Source: Oligoflexales bacterium
GTDB taxonomy: Bacteria > Bdellovibrionota_B > Oligoflexia > Oligoflexales > CAIYRB01
Assembly (NCBI GenBank): GCA_041736175.1
Contig: JBGSUI010000136.1
Coordinates: forward strand, 1 to 63,047
DNA length: 63,047 bases
Direction of reading: 5' to 3'
The position numbers and the translations under genes are program-made. How positions within the stretch are numbered: position 1 is the first letter of the stretch; every line of letters begins with the position of its first letter. Under the pieces are notes generated by a model that did no database searches, was not told where the DNA came from, and was given only the letters and a program-made list of their open reading frames with translations. Below, in pieces: positions 9,723 through 19,344 of this stretch.

Positions 9723-10475
9723 ATGGGAAATTTTTTGTGCATCCCCACACGACACAGTTTCTCTAGGCTTCTATGGACTATGGGCCTTTTTTTGAGCCTT
9801 GATTTAAACTGGGCCCAGGCTACACCCTATCAGTATTATGTCTTGGGGGATTCCATGGTAAAGACGGGGCTTGGCACAGCACTTAAAAAAAAACTAGCCC
9901 AGACATCTCCTGGGTCCATTAGGATTTTTGGTAAGTCCTCTACTGGTTTTTCTCGCCCCGAACTTTTTGACTGGCAACAAGCCCTCGCCTCGGAGTTCAG
10001 CTCTGCCGCCAACAAAAACCAAGTGAGCGTATTTGTCATGATCGGTACCAATGACTGCCAAGACATCCCCACTCCCACGGGTTCCGCCGAATTCTGGAGT
10101 CAAGAATGGAAAAATATTTATAAAGAGCGGCTTCTCAACTTTGGCCAAACCCTTTGCCAACGTGCGAGTCAAGTCTATTGGTTAGGTTTACCGCCTATGC
10201 GACCCAAGAAATTCAACGAAAAGATTAGTAGACTAAACCAGTTTACCGAAGAAACCCTCAAGCAACGCTCCTGTATTAAATATATTGCAACCGATAAAAT
10301 CCTCGGGACTGCCGCAGGAGAGTACCTAAAGACGCTCAAATACCAGGATAAAAATCACGCCATCCGCGAGTCCGACGGGATCCATATATCCTACGAGGGA
10401 GCAAAAATCCTTGCTGATAGGATTTTTGCTGAGTATTTTAAAGAGGCTAGCATCAAACCTAACTTACCGTTATAA
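9723..10475 (+). CDS. SGNH/GDSL hydrolase (DUF459-like), secreted
   Basis: Blocks LGDSM, SSTG, IGTND, DGIH; signal peptide. Confidence 0.85.
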   Translation: MGNFLCIPTRHSFSRLLWTMGLFLSLDLNWAQATPYQYYVLGDSMVKTGLGTALKKKLAQTSPGSIRIFGKSSTGFSRPELFDWQQALASEFSSAANKNQVSVFVMIGTNDCQDIPTPTGSAEFWSQEWKNIYKERLLNFGQTLCQRASQVYWLGLPPMRPKKFNEKISRLNQFTEETLKQRSCIKYIATDKILGTAAGEYLKTLKYQDKNHAIRESDGIHISYEGAKILADRIFAEYFKEASIKPNLPL

Positions 10476-10505
10476 ATAGCTTACATTGTCAAATAGCGAT
10501 GTTAT

Positions 10506-11561
10506 CTAAACCGCGGAGCCATCGTCATTGCCGCTGTCATCACCAGGAATCTCGATTTCAATCAAATGATGCTTTATTTCCTCAATAGCAAGCACCTCTT
10601 TAATTGAATCGGGCAATATATATGCAGAAACACCTATTGGTGCTGTGGTTTTGCTTAACGCGTATTCAACAATTTCATTCTTTTTTGAGCGACAAAGGAT
10701 CAAACCAATGGTCGGCTCATCTTTGTCCTTATTCCGCAACTTATCATCGATGACTGCCACATAAAATTGCATTTTTCCAGCATATTCAGGTCGGAATGCA
10801 GTTGTCTTGAGATCAATAACAACATAACAATGGAGCTTGACATGATAAAAAAGAAGATCGGTATAGAAATCATAACCGGCCACTTCTAAGTGATGCTGAC
10901 GCCCGATGAATGCAAAACCAGCACCCAATTCCAGGAGAAAATCGCGCAGATTAGAGACAAGGGCCAGCTCTAGTTCGCGTTCCTTCGCATCGTCTGTGAG
11001 CATTAGAAAGTCGAAACTGTATGGATCTTTTAATAGCTGACGAGCTAAATCGGATTGTGGTGGCACAAGAGTCTTTTCAAAATTAGTGGGAGCCTTCCCC
11101 TGACGAGCAATTAGGCTTGTAGCTATTTGATGTTCGAGAACAACTACACTCCAGCCGTGTTCAATTGCTTTTTGTGCATACCATAACCTTTGATCCATAT
11201 CCGGGAGCTTTTCGATTAGAATAAGGTTGTGCGACCAAGGTAATTTGGCAGACGGCGTCTGCCAAATTGAGTCGTCGGGCCATACATCGGCGAATTTCTT
11301 AATATTTCTAAGATTTCGCGGAGAAAACCCCTCCTGTCCTGGAAACGCGGCCTTGAGGTCTTCTGACAGGCGATTTATGACCCTTGCTCCCCAACCAAGC
11401 TTTGACTGACGTTCGGTAATAGTACGTCCGATTTGCCAATAAAGAACCAGGAGTTCCTGGTTAACTGCCGTGAAGGCTTTTATTTGAGCAAACTTAATTC
11501 GTTCCTTAAGGTCTTTTAGAAATTCACTGTAACCTTGCAGTTCATGTTTATCAATAGCCAT
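10506..11561 (-). CDS. YhcG/DUF1016 PD-(D/E)XK nuclease-domain protein
   Basis: LYWQIG, GFSPRNL, LPWSHN, LKDPYSFDF, FLLELGAGFAF, DLLFYH, VVIDLK, GKMQFY, IGLILC. Confidence 0.93.
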   Translation of the reverse strand: MAIDKHELQGYSEFLKDLKERIKFAQIKAFTAVNQELLVLYWQIGRTITERQSKLGWGARVINRLSEDLKAAFPGQEGFSPRNLRNIKKFADVWPDDSIWQTPSAKLPWSHNLILIEKLPDMDQRLWYAQKAIEHGWSVVVLEHQIATSLIARQGKAPTNFEKTLVPPQSDLARQLLKDPYSFDFLMLTDDAKERELELALVSNLRDFLLELGAGFAFIGRQHHLEVAGYDFYTDLLFYHVKLHCYVVIDLKTTAFRPEYAGKMQFYVAVIDDKLRNKDKDEPTIGLILCRSKKNEIVEYALSKTTAPIGVSAYILPDSIKEVLAIEEIKHHLIEIEIPGDDSGNDDGSAV

Positions 11562-11607
11562 AAGCCTACCTACAATTAGCTTTAGTTTGATTATTTACTT
11601 TTTCCAA

Positions 11608-11862
11608 TCAACTACAATCATGTTGCAATTTTGGAGTTGCCGATTCCCTTTTTGGGGGCAACACAGGGCTCAAGCGGATCAAAATCCGCTCCCCGTAGCG
11701 CTCTGTCAGGCTCTTACCCCGATGTTCCAGCTCAACGATTCGACGTCCAATCTCCCAATAGGCTCTCGTTATCACGTCTTTTGCCACTTTAGCAACCGCG
11801 AAGCGCGTTATGATAGCGTTATGATGCACGAAAATCGTAGATGCCCTTTGTCCACTCCCCAA
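11608..11862 (-). pseudogene. Remnant of a second DUF1016 N-terminal domain
   Basis: ITRAYWEIGRRIVELEHRG...YGERILIRLS matches the YhcG N-terminus; flanks decay and there is no C-terminal domain. Confidence 0.6.
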
Positions 11863-11917
11863 CGATTACGGTGGCCCGGCCATTGACCTCGTCTACCAAC
11901 GGGTGCACCACACCAAA

Positions 11918-11944
11918 CCTAGATTATAGGAAAATCAAGGCCTA
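11918..11944 (+). repeat. Left island boundary repeat (second copy of the 3' end of gene 20857-22044)
   Basis: cctagattataggaaaatcaaggccta versus cctaaattataggaaaatcaagaccta at 20856-20882; both read GLDFPII* on the minus strand. Confidence 0.9.
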
Positions 11945-13989
11945 CTGTACCTCCTTTCGACCCAAGTTGGGAAACATTTTCCGACGACCCCCTTAATATA
12001 TGTTTCGGAACACGCAAAATTTGGCTCTCCTGTGGCCAAATAAATCATTGAGTAACCTAAAGAAGCGAGTGTCCTAGCTACACTGAGACCAGTAAACTCG
12101 TGCGACAAATTTTTATCAACAAATATTGGTATGTTCATTTCTATATTAAGTTCATATATTTTATCAAAGTCTCGGAGATGCAAAATTTTGATCCCGCGAA
12201 CATCTGCTTCAAGTTCCCATAACTCGTGCACCAAGTCATCATCATCGATAAGCACTAAGTCAAAAAAACAAATAGGCTGGTCATTGCCTCCTATTGCGGC
12301 CATTGACGTAACCATATTTACGGCGATAAGAGGTATCATAAACTTCGGCAACAGTTTGCATTGAGCAGCGATAACCGATTTTTGAACATTTAAATCATTA
12401 AAATAGCTGGTCACGAGAATAGCCCGATCTCCTAATTGATTCCTTTCAATAATATCCATCCCCGTAACGAGGCTTCCAGTAAACTCAAAATCTACTACAT
12501 AAAAATAATTTGAAGAGACGTGTGTTTTAGGCGTAAAATCTTGAGGATCATAAAGGTGAATAAGACGAAAATCTTTGAGTTTTTCTGACCAGAGTAGATG
12601 AGTGCTTTCATCATCATCTATAACTACAATGGTCATTTGTTCTTTGAACGACAGTACGTTAGGTAACCACTGGGGCGTAGGTGAGCTAGGTAATGTTAGA
12701 ATGACATCAGTACCACGGCCTGGAATTGAGTTGATTTCAAACTTTCCTCCGACCGTTGCAATGACTTCTCTAGCATGTTGGAGTCCGATCCCAGCTCCGC
12801 CGACTTTTCCGAAACTTCCACCTTTTGTTAGCACTGCATTTAACACATCAATAGCCATACCTTTACCATAATCTCGGACGATTATTTCGACACCTTCCAT
12901 TGAATTAGAGGCTTCCTTTTGCAAAATCAGAATTGAACCGGCTCCTTCTGTTGCTTCGATGGCGTTATTTACAAGATTTGATAGCACTCGTGCCAGATCG
13001 CTTGCTGTTATAGCGACTGTCGCGAGAAGTGTTGACTCAACAATCTCCGATTTTACTTCTATAAGTCGGCGGTTCTCTAGTTGTACGGTCTTTTCTGCGA
13101 TGATAGAGTTGATAACTTCATAGGTAAATGTTTGTACATGGTCGCTCGCCTGATTGGTATGAGTATGACGCACCAGGATATCATCTCCTAGAGATTGAAT
13201 TCTTGATGCTGCAGCTTTCAACTGTCGGCGTTGCGCTTCCGGTAGTCCAGAAGCGTTGCGTACCAGAAAAAGTAAGGTCTCAAGGGGTGACCGTATATCG
13301 TGAACTAAACGTTGGGCTAACTTGCCCAGAGCTTCCTTTTTTTCTAGGGCTATTAAATCTGCTAAGTATGGTTGTAAAAAATATTTCCTTGAAATGATCT
13401 GCCAACTGACCCAAATCCCCAAAACAATGAGTATGTAGGCGAGATAGTTATCAACGAAAAATCTAAAAATTCCCCGAGACTCAAAGCCGAACGGGTCGCT
13501 AAGCTCAGCGTAAATAGATCCAATTTTAGCGTCACCTATCTTTAAGTTCACCACTACTTCATATTCGCTTTTGGAACTCGGAGGCTTAACCTTAATCCGA
13601 TCTTGGATTTGAAATAACTCGTTTTGTCTGAATGAAGTGGAGTCTGTCACTGGGCATGACCCGCGATAGCTGTTGTTACCAGCATAAGCTAAACACTCAT
13701 TATCCTTGCCTAAAAGATAAACTTGTGAGTATCTACTACCGAGGTGATGGGCAATCTGAATCACTCTCGTAATAACAGACTCATAGTTTTTTGTCCAACA
13801 CTCCTCTGACATAGCGTGATATTCGAACTCAAAAAAATGGTTAACTTGGCGCGTGAAAATGCCTGCTCGCTCTCTTTCGTGAACGATATATTGAAAAGAA
13901 AACATCGTTGCCGCTAAAATCATACACAACAAAAGTACTGTGAAAGAACCATAAATATAGATTTTTAATCGATCGTGAGACTCTTTCAT
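11935..13989 (-). CDS. Membrane hybrid sensor histidine kinase with two C-terminal receiver-like domains
   Basis: Two TMs around a periplasmic domain, H-box RLVHDIRSPL, NLVNNAIEA, DYGKGM, GAGIGL; then IVVIDDD...VVDFEF and LVLIDDD...FVDKNL receiver-like units. Confidence 0.9.
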   Translation of the reverse strand: MKESHDRLKIYIYGSFTVLLLCMILAATMFSFQYIVHERERAGIFTRQVNHFFEFEYHAMSEECWTKNYESVITRVIQIAHHLGSRYSQVYLLGKDNECLAYAGNNSYRGSCPVTDSTSFRQNELFQIQDRIKVKPPSSKSEYEVVVNLKIGDAKIGSIYAELSDPFGFESRGIFRFFVDNYLAYILIVLGIWVSWQIISRKYFLQPYLADLIALEKKEALGKLAQRLVHDIRSPLETLLFLVRNASGLPEAQRRQLKAAASRIQSLGDDILVRHTHTNQASDHVQTFTYEVINSIIAEKTVQLENRRLIEVKSEIVESTLLATVAITASDLARVLSNLVNNAIEATEGAGSILILQKEASNSMEGVEIIVRDYGKGMAIDVLNAVLTKGGSFGKVGGAGIGLQHAREVIATVGGKFEINSIPGRGTDVILTLPSSPTPQWLPNVLSFKEQMTIVVIDDDESTHLLWSEKLKDFRLIHLYDPQDFTPKTHVSSNYFYVVDFEFTGSLVTGMDIIERNQLGDRAILVTSYFNDLNVQKSVIAAQCKLLPKFMIPLIAVNMVTSMAAIGGNDQPICFFDLVLIDDDDLVHELWELEADVRGIKILHLRDFDKIYELNIEMNIPIFVDKNLSHEFTGLSVARTLASLGYSMIYLATGEPNFACSETYIKGVVGKCFPTWVERRYSRP

Positions 13990-14009
13990 CGTATTATGCC
14001 GCCGAGCTA

Positions 14010-15188
14010 TTATTTGGTCGTTAAAAATTCCGGACCAGATGAGCTTATTTTATATATAAACAAGTCCTTAAGTGGTGTGTTGTCTGGACCAAACTTGAAT
14101 TTCTTACTGGTCACCAGATTGGACATCTCTGTAGTCTTTAGGCTATCTCTTAAGAGTGATCCTCTAGCACCGGATGAACGCCTTATCGCCTCGAACAGCA
14201 CCCAGGCTGTATCAAATGCAACAGCGCTCCATGGGGTGGGTGCCATTTTGTGCATTCGCAAATAGTTGTCAGAAAATTCACTCGCAAATTCAGAAGATTG
14301 ATCAATCTTCCAGTAGCTATTGATATAACCGACTAATTTTTCTCCATGTTTTTCTTTAGCCACAATTGTTTCATATACACTTTGTGGGCTACCCCATCCA
14401 TCACTTCCTATATATTGCGGGAAATAACCACGACTCGCGGCTTGAGAAAAAAAACGCCGCAAATCGCCGTCATAAGTAAGCATCGCGATGTGCGTAACAC
14501 CTTTAGCTTGAAATCGAGAAATTTGCTCAGTAAAATCATTACTTCCCTTAACAACCTTCTCTACATGGATAGTGCTAGTTTCGGGTAAATAGCTCCGCAA
14601 TTCATTTGCAAAATTTAAAGAAAGGTAATCAGTATAGGGGTAAGAAATATTATGGAGCACTCCAATAGAAGTGGGCTTTAAATGAGTTGAACTGAATTGG
14701 GCCAATTTATTAGCAACCTGATTATCGGCAATGCATCCTCTAAACGAAAATGGGCGACCATAAGTTACCTCTGGAGAGGTCGCTGTTGGTGTCATAAAAA
14801 CAGTTTCCATATTATTAAAAACTTCTGCCATAGCCATGGCTTCCCCACTCATCTCTCCTCCAATTACAGCCGAGATATCCTGTTTTGCAATTTTTTTAGC
14901 GGCAGAAATAATTTCATCTATTTTTTTCGAGTGGGGGAATCGAGTTAGCGTAATATTTGCATGATGATACTTTTTTTGGTAAAGGAATGCTGCCGTTTCG
15001 ATACCTCTAACAAGGTCTATAGTAGTTTTGTTGTATTTGTCATCGAATCGAAGCATCAAAGCGACGCGCATGCTGATAGTTTCCGATTTGAGGGCAATAC
15101 TTTTAGGCGACTGATTCGCGCGTGAGGTTTGAGTAAAACAAATGATGATTAATAATAATTGTATGTAAAAGTGCTTACCAATCTGCAT
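14010..15188 (-). CDS. LivJ/LivK-like (type I) periplasmic amino-acid-binding protein
   Basis: Signal peptide, AVIGGEMSG, MTPTATSPEVT, FRGC.AD..A, YIGSDGW, AVAFD. ATG 15188 overlaps the SDR stop. Confidence 0.85.
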   Translation of the reverse strand: MQIGKHFYIQLLLIIICFTQTSRANQSPKSIALKSETISMRVALMLRFDDKYNKTTIDLVRGIETAAFLYQKKYHHANITLTRFPHSKKIDEIISAAKKIAKQDISAVIGGEMSGEAMAMAEVFNNMETVFMTPTATSPEVTYGRPFSFRGCIADNQVANKLAQFSSTHLKPTSIGVLHNISYPYTDYLSLNFANELRSYLPETSTIHVEKVVKGSNDFTEQISRFQAKGVTHIAMLTYDGDLRRFFSQAASRGYFPQYIGSDGWGSPQSVYETIVAKEKHGEKLVGYINSYWKIDQSSEFASEFSDNYLRMHKMAPTPWSAVAFDTAWVLFEAIRRSSGARGSLLRDSLKTTEMSNLVTSKKFKFGPDNTPLKDLFIYKISSSGPEFLTTK

Positions 15189-15891
15189 TGTTCGTTCGCA
15201 CCTCCCACTCAAAAGTCCAACTGTCCCGATTTTGAAGCGCGACATGAAGCACTTCCTTTGCAATTGAATCTACAGAAATATAGCGACTTTCTGACCGTCC
15301 TGGATTCAGTTTGATGGTCCTTTCGTTTGATATCAGTCCGTCAATAATCAGATGAGCAATGTGGATACCTAAATTACCGACTTCCCTAGCTAAACTTTGG
15401 GAAAAAATCCTTAAAGAGGATTTCGCCACACAGAAAGCGGCATTATTGGCTGAACCTCGAAGCGCTGCTGTGGCTCCGATATTTACAATAGACAGGTCTT
15501 CCTGAGATTTTCGATTATGAAGAACATGTTTTGTGGCTAAAAAAGCCGACATAAAATTAAGATCTAGAGACTGCCTCATGTCCAGAGTGGTTAGATTAAC
15601 AACTGACTTGCCACCTGTCCATGTAGCAGCGTTGTTGACGAGACACCGAATACTCAGATGTTGAGTGAAAATATCATCAAAAGCGATTTGACATTGATCC
15701 TCTTCACTAAGGTCGGCTTTGTGAAGGGAAATGTTCCTCATTGGAAATTCATTGATCAATGTGACTCTTGCTGCTTCCAAAGCGGTGGCATTTCTAGCAA
15801 TAAGTGCCACATCAAATCCCATTCCTAATGCGGACCTAGCAATTCCTTTACCAAGACCGCGACTGCCCCCAGTAATAATAAAAGTACTCAT
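15175..15891 (-). CDS. Short-chain dehydrogenase/reductase, subgroup with Phe in place of the catalytic Tyr
   Basis: TGGSRGLG, VNNAA, GATAALRG, AFCVAK, GIHIAHLIIDG, WTFE. Confidence 0.88.
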   Translation of the reverse strand: MSTFIITGGSRGLGKGIARSALGMGFDVALIARNATALEAARVTLINEFPMRNISLHKADLSEEDQCQIAFDDIFTQHLSIRCLVNNAATWTGGKSVVNLTTLDMRQSLDLNFMSAFLATKHVLHNRKSQEDLSIVNIGATAALRGSANNAAFCVAKSSLRIFSQSLAREVGNLGIHIAHLIIDGLISNERTIKLNPGRSESRYISVDSIAKEVLHVALQNRDSWTFEWEVRTNNADW

Positions 15892-15892
15892 A

Positions 15893-17152
15893 TTAGAACC
15901 GTCCTTTAAGGTTTTCGTTAATCAATACTTGATCTCGAAGTTCAAAAGATGTTTTGATAGCTTGATTATAATTGCTTCCAGTAACGAGGTAACACCCAGC
16001 ATAGTCTGATTGACGATGTATTTGACTTAAGATAGTACCTGGAGGTATAAAAGAATTTACAAAGGCTATGTCACTTGAAACCGGAAAAGTCATACTTTGG
16101 AACTTAATACCACTCGGTGGGATGACATATTGAAGGCAAGAAAATTGTTTAGCTTGGCTGGGAACGGTCACTGGCTTGCCTATAGCGAGGTCGAGTAGTG
16201 TCTCTGAAATCTCAACGCCATATGCTAAACTGATTGATCGCATCACGTCTGCGCCTACAAAACGCGGATTCAAGTCAATGATTTCTATCTTGCCATCTAC
16301 TCCGACGATAACCTCTGTATGCGTGGCTCCATGAGTAATCCCTAGTGCCTTATGCGCATTTCTGACTAGATTTACAATTCGTTCCTCGTCAGGTCGCGGA
16401 TAAGGAAAGCAAGATCCCATTTCTACAGTACTATCTTCTGAAAACATGATTCTAGACAACAATCCTAGGGAACGAAAGGAACCGTTCTCTATGATAGATT
16501 CGACAGATAGAAGCTCGCCCTCTACTGCTTCTTCGACATGAAAATCATTGCCACTTGAGATAAAATCCCGGAGATAGATCCCATCATTTGGATATCCATC
16601 CGTTAAAAGTTTTGCCGCATCAACCACCTCCTTAAGTGAACTACAGCGCTTTACATATAGGCTTAAAACACCCTTAATAGGCTTGAAATAGGCCTCGCCA
16701 CTAAATGGCCATTTACTCTTAGTAAGGATTTCATCCGATAAAAAAGACTTAATGTTGGAGAGTCCAGCTTCACGTAGTAACTTTCGACATTGATACTTAT
16801 TGATGACATTTCTCCAAACAGCTGGGGAAGTCACTGGATGACTCAAACTTTCGAGCATCTCGGCACTGGCTTCAACGCAAGCTTCCATGCCTGTAAAAAC
16901 ACCAGAAACATTATATTTTTTACGTAGAATTTGCCAAATTGCTCGCCATGAATTTTTATCGCTCCAAGAATGCACTTCAAATTTAAAGTCAATATTTTTT
17001 AAAAGTCCCACATAAGCAGTGGCAGTTTTCTGCAAAAATTGGGCATCGGATATCAGGGCTATTGTTATGTATCCTCTTTCTTTCGCTGCCCGTATCACTT
17101 CTAGCGAAGCACCCTTAGGTTCTAAAAAAACAACTGCATTTTCCTTAAACAC
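15893..17152 (-). CDS. ATP-grasp ligase, L-amino-acid ligase (BacD/DdaF-like) type
   Basis: NKYQCR, FKPIKG..S, VEEAVEGELLSVES, THTEV, IIDLNPRFVG, C-terminal substrate domain; GTG start overlaps the MFS stop. Confidence 0.85.
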   Translation of the reverse strand: MFKENAVVFLEPKGASLEVIRAAKERGYITIALISDAQFLQKTATAYVGLLKNIDFKFEVHSWSDKNSWRAIWQILRKKYNVSGVFTGMEACVEASAEMLESLSHPVTSPAVWRNVINKYQCRKLLREAGLSNIKSFLSDEILTKSKWPFSGEAYFKPIKGVLSLYVKRCSSLKEVVDAAKLLTDGYPNDGIYLRDFISSGNDFHVEEAVEGELLSVESIIENGSFRSLGLLSRIMFSEDSTVEMGSCFPYPRPDEERIVNLVRNAHKALGITHGATHTEVIVGVDGKIEIIDLNPRFVGADVMRSISLAYGVEISETLLDLAIGKPVTVPSQAKQFSCLQYVIPPSGIKFQSMTFPVSSDIAFVNSFIPPGTILSQIHRQSDYAGCYLVTGSNYNQAIKTSFELRDQVLINENLKGRF

Positions 17153-18362
17153 GTGGGTGATTCTCCAAATTTAATAATGGTTTAAGTATTTTAAAAGAGC
17201 CTACAACCAAAGCGAGGCTTATGACGCAGAGTACCCCTGATGTTAATCCTAATGATTCAATTGAAATAGCATAGATCAGCGTAGTCATCGACATCATCAA
17301 TGACGCAGCAGCCGTCAATGTAAAGTTGAATCTTGCGGAACTGGCACGGGGGCTGGAACGAAAAAAATCAGCATTATGATGAAGCCAGATTGCTTCATAT
17401 GCTAAATTCATACTTCCAAAAAAAATAATACTCGCTGAAAATGATGATGAACTAACTGATGCCACTAATGCCAGGACACCGAGAAGAAAAAAGGTATAGG
17501 TCCTTAATGGAAATCGCCAATTGTTATCTGTTAAAAAAGTTGGTATGAACCACAAAATCAAAAAACCAACTATAATTCCGACCGAGGCAGCCACTTGAAA
17601 GTAGCCAACTCCCTCAACTCCAGTGCCAAAACTATTGATGGGCAGAAAAGAGACTAAAGCTGAATAGGCTCCTTGAAACAGAGCTTGTGATAGTACAACA
17701 AAGAAAAAAGCGTTTCTTATTTTTGGAATCGCAAATATTTCTTTTATAGTGCTTAGATTTGTAACAGAAATGGAGTCTTTAACTTCATTCTTAGGATGAA
17801 ACTGAATATCGATAAGGGTAAAATAGATTCCTGCACTGAGTAGAAAGCTAATGATATCGATTATGACGACCAAGCCAATACCAGAATTTCCGAGAATAAG
17901 TCCAGCTAGAATCCCGGAAATAGCTGTTGATAAAAAATAGCTGAATGAATATAACTTGAATCTTTTAGCCTGAATTTCGGGTGGCGAAATTATTTTTATC
18001 CACTTATTGACCAATGATCTACCAAACATACCAATTAGAGCCCTAAGGCTAAGAGTGATGCAGAGGAACCACATAGGAGCTGAAAGTATAAGTGCTGCCC
18101 CGGTCAAACATGTAGCAAGAATTGAGAAAAGTTCAATTCTAATAAGCATTTTTTTTGAGACTGTATTATCAGCGAAGGAACCTAGTTTGGCACTAAAGAA
18201 AATTGAAGGCAAAAAAGTCGCTACAAATACCAATGAAGAGAGGACTGCTGATTTACTTTCGACAAAGACGAAAGAAGCCACGGTTAACGTCAAAAAATGG
18301 CTACCCACTTGTGAAACGAATATACCTAAGATAATTTTAAAAAAATCTTTCGAATGAGGCAC
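17145..18362 (-). CDS. MFS transporter (DHA3/macrolide-efflux-like exporter)
   Basis: About 12 hydrophobic segments, FVSQVG, LP...GSFAD motif-A-like. GTG 18362 behind AGGTGA avoids the 113-nt overlap of the 18482 start. Confidence 0.85.
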   Translation of the reverse strand: MPHSKDFFKIILGIFVSQVGSHFLTLTVASFVFVESKSAVLSSLVFVATFLPSIFFSAKLGSFADNTVSKKMLIRIELFSILATCLTGAALILSAPMWFLCITLSLRALIGMFGRSLVNKWIKIISPPEIQAKRFKLYSFSYFLSTAISGILAGLILGNSGIGLVVIIDIISFLLSAGIYFTLIDIQFHPKNEVKDSISVTNLSTIKEIFAIPKIRNAFFFVVLSQALFQGAYSALVSFLPINSFGTGVEGVGYFQVAASVGIIVGFLILWFIPTFLTDNNWRFPLRTYTFFLLGVLALVASVSSSSFSASIIFFGSMNLAYEAIWLHHNADFFRSSPRASSARFNFTLTAAASLMMSMTTLIYAISIESLGLTSGVLCVISLALVVGSFKILKPLLNLENHPRV

Positions 18363-18369
18363 GGGAGAT

Positions 18370-19344
18370 TCACCTATTAATTTGAATGTGAGAAATCTGT
18401 CGCGAAACGCTCTTCCAGAAAAAATCCCAAAAATCGAGACCGGCATGAAACCCCTGGTTAAAATCATTTTTCTGCTGATCATGAATGCAAAAACGAAGAA
18501 AGTTGGAGACGGTTAGGCGTACGTGTTCAATTTCAATTTCTCTATGAATTCGAAAAAATTCACTTTTATCTAACATAAATTTCACATTTTCGTCATAACA
18601 TAGAGATTTATATATGCATTCAATATTTTCTTTTGCAGGAATCTCTAAGCCCAATAGGATTCCCAATATTTGAGCATCTGTGGTATATTTTTCAATTTCA
18701 GATTTGAGAAAATTTAAAGCGACTTTTATACTGGAATGGTCGCAATAGGTAGCTCGGTCGTTCTCTGTGATTCCAGCGATTAACGCAGATTTCCAAAACA
18801 TATCTGCATGGATTTTATCTGATTGCCGCATCCCCAGCTCTTCAAAAGCGGTCTGAATGACGTAATGCCGGACTTCGTTCGTCGCAACCTTTGATGCTGC
18901 TCGACAGAGAAACCATGGCATAAATTCACTGAACTGATGCCAGAAGATCCCGACGACTTTAGCTTTGGTGACCGATGCCGCGGGTAAATCGGACTCGTAA
19001 GTCTCAAAAATCTTTCGATTCGCCATTATGTTGGTAAAATATTCAGTTTGGTGAACAACACTTTCATGACTAAAATGGAACGTTTTTTCCTCGACACCTT
19101 GGTAGGCATCGACTTCAAAGTCTGGCAGCAAATCATCACCAGTTAGGAGTTCTGAAATCAATAAACTCATTCGCTTGTGGGCCTTTTTGTATAACTCACT
19201 CGCTCTAGGGTTTGAAGCTCCACCAAGAAGAGAGAAGGTGGCGTCAATAGTCGTTAATGCTGCGTTTGCGTCGTGAACAAAGCGATGCACTTTTTTTGGC
19301 GTCCTATCAATGAGAACTTTGGGAGTCTGTATTCCTATGTCCAT
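18370..19344 (-). CDS. Heme-oxygenase-like diiron oxidase (iron-containing redox enzyme) with N-terminal HisKA-like domain
   Basis: Ligand pattern FEELG...IHADMF, LGLE, FFRIHREIEIEH (H-x3-E-x2-H), terminal FWDFFW; N-terminal RFVHDANAAL...RMSLLISELL helical hairpin. Confidence 0.8.
   Translation of the reverse strand: MDIGIQTPKVLIDRTPKKVHRFVHDANAALTTIDATFSLLGGASNPRASELYKKAHKRMSLLISELLTGDDLLPDFEVDAYQGVEEKTFHFSHESVVHQTEYFTNIMANRKIFETYESDLPAASVTKAKVVGIFWHQFSEFMPWFLCRAASKVATNEVRHYVIQTAFEELGMRQSDKIHADMFWKSALIAGITENDRATYCDHSSIKVALNFLKSEIEKYTTDAQILGILLGLEIPAKENIECIYKSLCYDENVKFMLDKSEFFRIHREIEIEHVRLTVSNFLRFCIHDQQKNDFNQGFHAGLDFWDFFWKSVSRQISHIQINR

Noticed and set aside
10451..10466. catcaaacctaactta at the SGNH 3' end resembles caccaaacctagatta at 11911-11926, a possible fifth duplication
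   Set aside because: 13/16 identity in AT-rich sequence with no extension; not distinguishable from chance.
15175..15891. Island SDR lacks the catalytic Tyr (FCVAK), suggesting inactivation
   Set aside because: Phe at this position is typical of this SDR subgroup, so it is not evidence of decay.
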